Assembly: GCF_947568905.1 (NCBI RefSeq)
Contig: NC_079169.1
Location: 82,398,001 to 82,462,000, forward strand
DNA length: 64,000 nucleotides
Direction: 5' to 3'
DNA from: Ostrea edulis
Lineage: Eukaryota
In this document: piece by piece, positions 25,323 through 36,380 of the stretch
How the letters are laid out: each line of letters begins with the position of its first letter
Numbering within the stretch: position 1 is the stretch's first letter
Notes under the pieces: model-generated
Told to the model about the DNA's origin: nothing
Databases searched by the model: none
The model's input: only the letters and a program-made list of their open reading frames with translations
Program-made: the position numbers and the translations under genes

Positions 25323-25934
25323 TGTAGTATAGGAGAGAGGAGAAAATCTCAGACTGGACTGGGAATTGAACCCGGGACCCCTGCATTACTAGTCAGGTGC
25401 TCTAACCACTGAGCTATCCAGGCCGATATCCACGGTCCGTATAGCCCTAATTACTACATTCCTTCCTCCTTAACTAGTCTTTGCCCTTGAAGACAAACAA
25501 CCCAGATTCTTTTCGCCCCTGACAGGACCTTCACCTGCAAGACAAGGGGTGGTCAACGGCACCAAATGTAACACAGGAAGGGAGAAAATGCAACAGACCA
25601 GACCGGTATTCAAACTCGGGGCCCCTGAATCTCTAGTCAGGTGCTCTACCAACTGAGCTATCTGGCCACCGGCAATCGAACCCGGCTGACCGCTACATTC
25701 CTTCCTCCTTAAATGTCTTTACACCCTGAAGACACCAACCCAGGATCTTTATCCCCTGGCAGGCATTTTCACCTGTCAGTTCCAGGGGCTGGTCTACGGC
25801 ACCAAATGTAGTATAGGAGAGAGGAGAAAGTCTTTGGCTGGACCGAAAATCGAACCCTTTACTACTAGTCAGGTGCTCTAACCACTGAGCTATCCAGGCC
25901 GATATCCACGATCCATATAGCCCTAATTACTACA
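25323..25934 (-). mobile_element. Chimeric three-LTR tRNA-in-LTR TRIM (LTR-B / int / LTR-A / int / LTR-B)
   Basis: LTR-B 25323-25458, LTR-A 25567-25697, LTR-B 25807-25934. Two internal regions, each with PBS (tttggtgccgt) and PPT. Perfect TSD gtac at 25319-25322 and 25935-25938. Confidence 0.9.
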
Positions 25935-26909
25935 GTACAAACTACCACTAATTACCAGAAAAGAGGCATTAGCTCAATAGGACCAGTGCTGACAACAATT
26001 TGCTGGCCCATTGGGATTTTTACTGGATATCATGCAGGCATCTGAGTCTCGTATTTCTTTCATAAGTAACAAACTTATATATAGTTCATATATCGATTTA
26101 TTTTAAATACAAACATAACATGACAAGTACTTATAAAAAGTTAAAACAATAAGCATTAACAACCATTAGCATTACTAATACCCAAGTTGTATCTATTTAA
26201 TGTCGATCTGGATAACAAATGACACCAAATATTATAGGCAATTAGGCATGAGCAAAGATATGCTAATCCTAAATGTTTAATACCCGACACCATATATATC
26301 TGATGTCTTTGTAACATGTTTTAAATAACAATGAATATATTGCAAACTTAACAGTGATTTTTATTATATAACACAAAAATGATGCTGGTAGACATTGGAA
26401 CAATGGGATAACTGTTGGCACTGCTTTGTGTATAATAACTGTAACTATAATGTATTAACTAGTGGGCAAGTATACTTGGATACAAAGTCTTGTATGCATT
26501 TCACAATATCTAAAGCCACTATTGAATAGAATGACAACAGTTGGCAAAAATACAAGACTTGAGGGCAGTGATAACATGGGTCTTTTGGAAGGTAGACAAT
26601 GCTAGAAAAAGACTTTTTGAATAGAAGTTTACTTTTGGATGAAAGCAATTATTTCAAAAAGCATTGAGCGCGTTATTTTAAAATGTTCTTTGTGTTGTCT
26701 GAGTCTTTTAACGACAGCAAAATTTGTACACTAAATGTTTAAAAGTGTCTACATTGCCACTCATGTGTCACGTGTTACGTCTACTACTACTCACACTGTA
26801 TTCACAACAAAATAAATACATATCAGTAAATACGTTTATAATTCATAACATGAAGTAAATCTATACATGTATATAGTTTGGCACAGTTAGATTTGTAAAA
26901 TAATTTTGA

Positions 26910-27307
26910 TTTTTACGCTCCCATAATTGAAGATTTGGGGGCATATAGTTTTTTGGTCTGTCTGTTTGTTAATGGGCTTGTCTGTATGCAAACACTTTAA
27001 CCTTGCCCATTAAACTTTTGAATAAGTATACTGTTAGGGATTTTTTATTTCACATGTATATTCCTTGTGACAAGACCTTTCTTTTAATGGTACCAAAATA
27101 TTGTACTTTGTGACCTTGACCTTGAGGTTTGACCTACTTTTGAAAAACTTTTACCTTGGTCATAACTTTTGAATGGTTGATTGTAGGGATTTCATATTTA
27201 CACATATTCTAAGTGACAAGACTACTCTTTGGGTACCAGAATTACTTTGCTACTGTAGGGGGGGGGGGGGGGGGGGGGGGCATCAGTATTTCACAAACAA
27301 TCTTCTT
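26910..27307 (-). mobile_element. HINE (pearl/CvA-like) copy about 60 bp downstream of the gene A stop
   Basis: Reverse complement of the 4644-5172 family termini (ggggcatcagtatttcacaaacaatcttctt; tttttacgctccc...gggggcatatagt). Confidence 0.7.
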
Positions 27308-27365
27308 TTTTTCACTATTCACTAAGAAGAAATTCACATCCTCCTGTTGTTTAGAATTTGATTGC

Positions 27366-28616
27366 CTAGCTCTGATAAACTTTCGATTCACTATACATAT
27401 AATTGTTGAATATATTGTAATTATGGGTGATCCGTGTAGCAGGGCACTCCACTTCACTGTCATCATCAGCTGTTTCTGCTGGGAATCCCTCCTCCTCGTC
27501 CTCACTATTCTCATGGGGGTCAGCATCATAGAATGATCCTTGGTCACTATTCTGTGTAAATTCTGTAGATTCTGAGTGCTCTCTTGCTCTATCAAAAGTC
27601 TGTATTCCTAAACATGAACTCAACATTGGCATCGATAACAAACTTTGACGAACTCCTTCTCGAACTTTTTCTCGAATTTCGTTGTCCATGTTTTTGCGTA
27701 TAACTTCATTTTCTCTCCTAAGCTTTTCTACTTCTTCACTCAGGCAATTCACATCCTTTGACTTCTCGTCAAGTTCACAGTTTTTAACTTTGACTAATTT
27801 GGCACAAAGGGCTTTTGCATCCTTGATTTCCCTTTCCTTTTTTTCACAGTAATCCTTGACGATATCCTGGAAATGTCGAGTCTCACAACCGGTAAAAGTG
27901 TCCCTACAATCCTCAATAGTTTTCATAAAACTGTTCATTCCCTCCACCAGCTTCTGATGTCCTTTAGGATACACTTGTTTATGACATGATCCATACAGGA
28001 CTCGATATCCTTTCCTATATAAGATTTCACTAATTGGATTCAGCTGATTGCTGATATGTGTTTTGGTTTGGTTATCTTCCTGCTCTTGTCTTGAACGATA
28101 AAAACGCACTTTCTTATTTAGTTTCTTTACAATGAAATTATTGCGATTCTCCAGTAGTAGAGCGTCCGTCATTATCTGGAGGGTCTGTCCCCTGTTCTGC
28201 AGGATCTGTATAAGCTTCTTGATTTTTTGCGAACTTGCTCCATGAATCTGAAAATTTCAAAATTTAGTAATTTCAAACTTGCCTGAGTATTTCCATAGTA
28301 AATAAAATTTTTATATTTTTTAAGAAGAGCATCTGATTCAAAAGAATTTCAAAATATACGAAAGTATGAAAGAAATTTAAATGATCAATACTAGACTAAT
28401 TTACTTTAAAACAGTTTTAAAAAATAGAAGAGTTCAAAATGTTTCTGTTTTATGAAAAAAGTGGAGAATTTGAATACTTACTGATAAATCATATTTCTCG
28501 GATTTGCTGATTTTATTATGTTGTAGCAGGTGCCTGAGAATACGGTCTGTTATAACCATGTGGCTCTGTAAGTCTTGTCGTAGGTTATGTAATGCCTGTT
28601 TCTCTGCAGAATCCAT
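27366..28616 (-). CDS. Cluster gene A: CARD - helical/coiled-coil - acidic linker - N/Y-rich RHIM-like C-terminus (338 aa)
   Basis: Exon 1 28482-28616 (135 nt, gtaagt donor), exon 2 27366-28247 (tttcAG acceptor). Spliced N-terminus MDSAEKQALHNLRQDL...ILRHLLQHNKISKSEKYDLS/IHGASSQKIKKLIQILQNRGQTLQIMTDALLLENRNNFIVKKL follows the six-helix CARD pattern. Heptad-rich ELDEKSKDVNCLSEEVEKLRRENEVIRK. Ends TRITHNYNIFNNYMYSESKVYQS. Confidence 0.88.
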
Positions 28617-31600
28617 CCTTAAAATGTTGCTTCTGCTTAGAAACAAATTCAAATGTCTCAGTCCCTCTCATAGAATTTCAAACTTGTTCCTCTCTAAGAA
28701 TTTTCAAACTTTTGAGTTGAACTAAAGATTGCCTTCTGTAAAGATTACAGGTCTGCATTAACCTCGAAACAAAAGACGATAATTCTGTGCCAAAGGATGA
28801 ATCATTCAAACAGTAAGATTTAAAAAGACAGAAGCCCTACACCTGAATGGAATTGGTCTACTTGAGCCAGTTGATATGTAGGTCTGAGATATCGAATCTC
28901 AGTTTTTAAAATCCTGTATTTATTTTGGAATTTTTCATATATCCAATTGCGACTCTCTCTTATCAAAAAGAACTTGTGTCTTGTTTCTTAAGAGCATATA
29001 TGTAAGGAATATCGATAAATTCTCATCAAATGATAGGCATTTACTGTTCATATCTTACTCACATGATTTAAAATCAATACATTGTTATTTACTTAACGCT
29101 ATTGACAGAATGACGTTTCAGATATTGCATGTGCTTTGCAATTGAGCATTGCCATGTACAAAATCCACATTTTAAAGCCTTGATTTAAGGTTCTTCTTAT
29201 TTATATGTAAAATATTAGACCATGTGAAATTCAAGACTTTGATTCTTTTCAAGTTTGCAATTAGTAGAAAAGTTTAAAATAAAATATGACATTGTTTGAA
29301 AATGTTTGTTAAGTTTTGAATTTTGGCCTAAATTGTCTCCAAAATTGGGTCCAAATAGTTATTTTCAAACAGACAAGATATATTTAATGCAGAGGTTGTG
29401 ACATTGCCTTGTTTTAAATTTATAACTTTGGCTTTTTTTCCCCAATTGTCTTTTGTATTTAGGACATATATAACTGCAATGGAAATATCAGCAATGAACA
29501 AAAGATGAAAGAAATGTGAGGTTATGCTGTGTTTGATTTTGATTTTTTGTAGAAAGTAATCTAAATTTAGACCCGTAACCATGATAGTGATGCCCTTTTT
29601 AATATATAATTGTTCCTTTGGTGTTACCCTGTTAATATAGTCTTAAGTATCCAAAAACATTTAACATTACAAAATTGACGTGCAATTTATAGATCATGCA
29701 AACTCACTGATAAAGTTCTGTCTATCATTTTTAAATATTGTTTTAACATTGATTTCTGGTAAAGTATCCATTTGAATGTAATACTTTACAAAATGTCTGC
29801 AACTTACCATGAAATTTGGTTCTCAAGCTTCCTATTTGGTAGTCCCTATGTATGTGTATCAAAAGTAAGTTCATAGGTATTCCCTCTCCATGGCACGAAA
29901 TCACACTTTCCAAATTCTTGTATTTTAATCCAGTTGACGTCACTCCCTGCAGAGAAAATGTTTTAAATTCAATTGATATATTAAACTAAATGTTGTAGAT
30001 CTGTCAATTTAAAGTACTGAAAGAAGGAGACTTTAGTTTAGTGCAATATCAAAAGAGCTTCTTATCTGTTGGCCGATCTTTAAATTCTGTTAAACCATCA
30101 ATAGATGTCATTTTAAAGAGTGCTATACATATATAGTTGATATCCCACACATGGATTTAATTATCTATCTGGAGGGAAGGGGGCATTTTATGTCTTTTTT
30201 AAACGTCATAGGCTTAGTCCGGTGACAAATATATTTTCTGTAATTGTATTCTGAAATTGTATTATTCCAGAACGGTATTTGATTTCCTTCATTAATTTTA
30301 TCATGTACATCATCACATCTACTTGTTGCATCACAGTTATTTCAGGAACTGTCATTGTTCCTTTTGTTGAGTGCATTTAAATATTAGTTACTAGCTGATA
30401 CTTCCTATTCGGATTATTCTGGTAATGTTAATGGCCGATAGTAGTAATATTATGCAATACATCCTTGGATATGCTGTTCTTAATGTGAAAGCTTTTGATC
30501 TTTTTTAGTCTTCTTTGCAACAGTGAAAAAAAGTTAACTTAAATCCCTGAAGTTCATACTTTGATTTCCCATAACAGATAATTGGTTTTCAAGGTTTACT
30601 TTTAAACTAATTTTGCTGTCAAATGCCTTTTATTAGAAGTTTTTTGATATATAATGCCTTGAAGCAGTTGTCAATTTCCACAATAGCTTTCAACTGATCA
30701 TTCAAGACTTCAGCTGGGTAACCAGCAAAATAGAGTGAAATGTTTTCCCAGCAAATTTTATTTGCTTATTTGAATTGGAACCTAGCAGTATTTACTTTGG
30801 TCTTACTTTGGTTTGTTCATTTTGGGGTCTGTTCTTGACCCTCTGAGGTGGGCAAGGTATCTGGTGTGTGAGTAATGTATTGACACTAGTCTACAGGGAA
30901 CTATGCCACTGTTAAGTCCTACCCACAGTGTAGTGTGGTTCATTCAGCTTACCAGATTATAAGTTTTGATGCTCTTCCAAGTTGTTAGACGGTAGATAGG
31001 GGACATAAATTTTTGAATATACACTATAAATTAACAGAGCAATATTGAAACACATTGCGCCTACTTAAGCTGATCATTCAGTGGTCTGTGCTTATATAAG
31101 GAAAATGCTTTCATTCCTTTCAATCATTGAGTCCATCATGTTTTTTAATGATTTGGTGCATTTACATACTTTGATTAAATGATCAAGCTTAAGGTGTTGT
31201 TTCCATTCCTTTGATGAAATGTATATTAAATCTTAAGGTGGCAATAAAGCTATTATTTGAATGATATGGAGAAATAGCAGAAATAGGAGGTTTTTGTAAT
31301 GGGTGGATCTGTTAATTTTGGACTGCCTCATGTTTTCCCCTCAGAGAGCTACAGTTCTGTAGCTAGGGAATATGGCATGTTCTTTTTTCTATTACAGTAC
31401 AGGGTATCAATATGTCTAATTGGACATGTTTTTCTATTAAAGTGCAAGATATCAATATGTCCAGATAGCCATAATGAAGATGTTATTGACAATCTTACAG
31501 AGTACCCAGTGGCAGGGTTTTAATTTGATGTTATTGACAATCTTGCAGAGTACCCAGTGGCAGGGTTTTAATTTGGATACGCAGATATTGATATGATCTA

Positions 31601-32990
31601 CTACTCCATTAATTATGTGGTTTTATTTACTCGCAAAACAATTTTTTAAAGGTTTGACCATGATATGAATTTACAAGTTAACAAGGCATAAACCAGGAAA
31701 TCTGTTATGAAATCAGACGTGGTGATTAGACTGATATTTAATGCATTTTGTACTCTAAAATCAATGAATGGTAATTGTGGATACAAGTTTTTGTATTTGT
31801 TTAAAGTCCATATAAGCTAGTATTATTGATATCTGTTTATGAGTCATCTCTATGGATTTAAATGCCTTGTTACACTTTGCTTAAAGGATTTTTTTTTTAC
31901 CCCTTGTGCATATTGTGTACAGAAGTCCTTTGGTGTTTTATCTAGTGCACGTGCTAAATCTGATAATCTCATGTAATGTGATAATCTTTTCAAATTATGC
32001 ATTAGGTAATGTGGATTATAATAAGAATGGTGCTGGATGGACTCGACATGATTCTTACATTGTAAAACGGAGCAGTTTTGTCCCTATTTATTTTGCCCAT
32101 TCTGCTCTTATCCTGAAAAGTCAAATCTTATATTTTCTCATTCAAGACGAGATCGAAATAAAAATCTAAATTCATGAGGGATGGTAAAAACTCCTGCAAG
32201 TTTCTGTCATCCGATATCTAATACACAATTTGTTTTGAATGAGTTAACTTTTTTAATGTGCATTAAAAAAAAAAAATTCAAAGTGACATTTAGATCTTTT
32301 GTGTACACTTTAATTTGTGAATAAACAGTTGAAAAAGTATACAGTGTCACTAGTACCTGTTCTTGATAATTCATTTGTATCAGCATTCATCATATTTTGC
32401 AAGTTCAGTTTTAAGGGGGTCGGGGTCTTGATGAAAACAGTGAATTTAGTTTTGTCAGACATTGAATTTAGTGGGAATCAGACGGCACATACTACCTCCA
32501 AAAATGGATTGTCAATAACAATTTCTTTGTTTGCTTTTTCCTTATTTCATGTGGAGATATTGTCACTCTGAAGATTCATTGGTTGATATTTCCAAGACCA
32601 TAAAACTAATTATTGACCTCAAACCTTAACCCAGATATCGTATTTAGGCTCAGCTTACATGTGTACTCTTTATTCCCTAGTTTCAATGTTGTTCTTTGAT
32701 TTTTTTTTAATGGATTAAAACCATGTTAATCCGTTTTTACATTTAATGGATCTTTTAAAATTCCTCTGTCGGGTAAATAGTAAGTCCACTGTGTTAACTT
32801 TGGCACAAGTGTCCTTATCAATGCAGGGTCAGTCTTGACTTTGGCATAAGTTCAAGAAGATAATAAGAACCAAATTCTTGGACAGAAAAGTTTTAAAAAT
32901 TTTTATTAGTAACAAATCTATAAAGAGAACAAATATGTATAACAATAGTAAAAAGGAATATTTGATCAACTAGCCAGTACGGAATGACAT

Positions 32991-34124
32991 CTAATTTTGA
33001 TAAACTTTGGCGTCACTATACATGTGGTTGTTGTAGATGTTGTAGTTATGGACAATTTTGGTTCCTTTTTGAGCACTTGAGGTGGTCATTTTACTTGACA
33101 CAGGGACATCACTGTCAGATTCGCAGTCAGATTCAGAGTCAGAATCAGCATGCTCCTGAGGTTCTGGGTGTTTGGAGGGAAGCTGACGTAACTTTTTATC
33201 CAGTATGTCTTCTTCAGTCTCCACGTACGGGACGGGGTCTGTGGGAGACAGGCGGGGAAGCATCAGCAGACGGTCCACATTCTCCTGTACTTTGTTTTTT
33301 ATTTCAATTCCCATTTTCTTGCGCATAGACTCATTTTCTGTTTTCAGCTTCGTAAGTTCTCCTTGCAGGTCTCTGATGTGGTTCTGTTTTTCTTCCAAAT
33401 CACTGTTTTTGCTCTTTACAAGTTTTGCACACACAAGTTTGGCATTTTCGATTTCTTGGTGTTTCTTTTCTTTATACTCGGCAATTATTTCTTGAAAACT
33501 CTGTCTCTCACTGGAAGGTTCCAAGCTCTGACGACATTTGCTGATGTCGCCCACAAATTTGGTGAGGTCTTCAACAAGCGCTTGGTGACTTGTCCCTGCT
33601 GTGACCTTTTTAGATTCTCCGTGTATTGTTAAGTAGCCACGAGTGTAGAGTATATCGGCCACATCATCTAGCTGTCCAAAATAGGAAGATGTCTGGTTTT
33701 CCTGAGCTTGGAGACGTTTACGGCAAAATCTCACTTTCTTCTTGAGCTTCTGAACAATGTAGTCATTTTTCAAATCAAGAAGCAATGCATCAATAAGAGT
33801 CTTCAATGGCTCTCTTCGATTCTTCACAATTTGCAGTATTCTTTTCACTCTTTGGCAGTTGGCTGCATGTCTCTGGAAAAAAAGTTAAAGACATATATTA
33901 TTCCACAATTTACATATTATTGGTTGACAGAAAGAAAAAAAAATCATCAGAATTTCTAAAATAAGAAAATGACTTAGAATGATACTTACAGATAGTTCAT
34001 ATTTTTCAGCTTTTGTGATTTTCTGATTTTGTAGAAGATGAACCAGCATTTTGTCTGTGATAACAGCACAGTTCTGTAATTCCTCTTTAACGTTGTGTAA
34101 AGCTTGTCGTTCAGCTGGATCCAT
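32991..34124 (-). CDS. Cluster gene B: CARD - helical/coiled-coil - RHIM-like C-terminus (338 aa), paralogue of A
   Basis: Exon 1 33990-34124 (135 nt, gtaagt), exon 2 32991-33872 (ttccAG). Exon 1 has 28/45 residues identical to gene A exon 1. Ends TKIVHNYNIYNNHMYSDAKVYQN. Poly(A) signal on - strand at ~32901-32906. Confidence 0.9.
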
Positions 34125-36380
34125 TTTCTGTCCCTTCGTGAAGATCCTGTTCAGAAATGAGAGGGTAGATAGATTTTCTTGTCGTTTAACAAAAATGACG
34201 CCAGTCCTTTCTCTGACATTTAAATGATTGCAGTAGAGATAAGCACATGATTTTGCGAGCTTTATGACGTACGTCATGTAGATAAGGTTAAAGGTTGCAT
34301 GGGAAATCTTTATTTTAGGAACATGCTCATCCTATAGCTGAAGCAGTTTTTAAACAGACATTATTGAAAGTCAAAGTGAACAGCTTTACATACCATGATT
34401 AACAGAATCAGGCATTATGAATAAATTTTTTTTTAGGTAGTGGTTAATAGTTGGAAATTTCTTAATAGTTAAATTAATTAGTTAAGTTAAAAATCCTGTA
34501 ATCTGAGTTTTCTGTATGAATCTGAAGGACATTTGTAACTTACTTTAGCTTAGATGGTCGTAGCTGTGTGTGCTGTCCAGCAGGTCTTGGGGCACTGGGA
34601 TTTCCAAATCTTGTATATTGAACATGAACATAATTGGCATTGGAACAGTGTCAAATATTTCATTTACTTTATGACGTCAATGACTACCTTGGATTTAAAT
34701 ACCAAACATTAAAAGCCTTCTGTCAAGTGTGCAACAGCAGAGTATTTGAGTTTGTCTTATGTTATTGCCTATATTTTGGGGATCGAACTCAGTTCAACTT
34801 TTATTTATGGAGTGTTATCAATCGATTTTCTCTCCACATGTAACATGTGAATTGGGTTATATACACAAGTATTGTACCCACAATTGGCAGCCAGTTGACA
34901 TCTAACTGTCACTTGGACCCCCACATTCTGTGTATTGGAGGGAGATTAGAAAGACCTTTAAAGTTACTTGTATTGTGAAATGCCACTTAATATCCACTCA
35001 GGGTTGGTTTAATGCTTATTTTTAGAGGTGCATTTCATCTCTGCACCATCCAGTTTCAAAGCTTACAAAACATCATGTGTTATGAATAGCATAACATTGA
35101 AAAGCTTTGTCTTTGGCCTCTGCATCTCACAGGGTCAAGGTCACTAAACATTTGTGACAATTTTAGTGAGTGCAGCAAGCTCTAAAGATAATGACTTGGA
35201 AAATTTAAGTCGCATTAATGTAGCAGTGTGTTTTAACTTGTATATATTATATGATACCATATTTTAATAAACATGAATAGTGCATATGAATTAAAAGCGC
35301 ATTTTATGATTTAAGTCAAATTCCCAGATCCACCCCTTTATTTACTTAGTGTAATAGGTGAGTGAAAAGGTTCACAGGTCTTGGTATTTCATTGGCTATA
35401 GAACTGAGTTTTATTCAGTTAGAATCTAGAGAGTTTTTGGTCAGGTTGGTCGTGGCTTGCTTTTAAGCAGTTTTGGTATCTTTGTGCTGATTTGGCATTT
35501 TGGTTTTGACAAAGACATTATTAGACCTTCAAATCCAGACCTGACAGTAAGTACTAATTTTATTAACATTTATCTTCATTATATGTATATATAACTAATA
35601 TCACTGTTTGAGAGAAGAGTGAAAGTTTAAATATTATGAAGAACAGTAAATATCAATTTAAAGTTATTTCCTCTCAGTATATGCTTATATTATATCTATA
35701 GTTATTATAGTGTATATAGTACTGTAATGATATATTTGTTATAAATAGATTAGAAGCATCCAGGCAGCATTTTGATGTTTGCATGCATTGGGCCTTGTCC
35801 CATAGATAGGTAATTATAAGATATTACCTTTTATTATATTTAAAACATGTAATTTCATAGTGTTACATTATTTGTAATGCAACTGTAAATATTTGAGTAA
35901 AGTATATTTTACTATATTTGAATTAAGGGAGATAACTCTTAAGGTTGAAATGTACTCTCTATTGATTGTAAATTGCTGTAATATTCATTGTTACTATTTT
36001 GTCTTTTAGGGCCATTTATTTTTGTAATCAACATTATGTAATCATCGTCATCATCCTTATTCGTTTTACCGTACAATAAATGACTGCATTGTGAACCCTA
36101 AGCCAGGAGTTGGTTATTTCTGCATTACAAACCACCACCCCTGCAACATTAATCCTGTGATTTGGGGGGGGGGGGGGGGTTGTCAAAATAAAACTCCCAT
36201 ATTCCAAAGGACCATCCTTTTTTTAATTCACAGTCATATCATGTTGATCTAAGAATACGAACTTAATCAAATTATCTCACTTTTTAACTTCTTGTGGTCC
36301 CATACACAATGCAGTGTGCTACATTAGTCCCAGATGTAATAGGAAGTGTGAGTGATACAACTGAAGCAGTGGCAGATCTA

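Noticed and set aside
18550-25920. tRNA genes (Thr/Ser-like cloverleafs)
   Set aside because: All are embedded in TG...CA LTRs next to PBS/PPT, have 8-nt or bulged anticodon arms and no T-run terminator. They are treated as parts of TRIMs.
30000-30760. Possible additional decayed paralogue between A and B (minus strand LNDQLKAIVEI resembles A SNQLNPISEI)
   Set aside because: The similarity is only one short peptide amid many stops, with no CARD exon or C-terminal motif found. Needs tBLASTn to decide.
31920-35546. Plus-strand hydrophobic exon-like segments (SPLVFYLVHVLNLIISCNVIIFSNYAL; GLLLSSFGIFVLIWHFGFDKDII) suggesting a membrane-protein gene
   Set aside because: Isolated, no recognisable family, and they cannot be chained into a phase-consistent model. 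Hydrophobic frames are expected in T-rich DNA.
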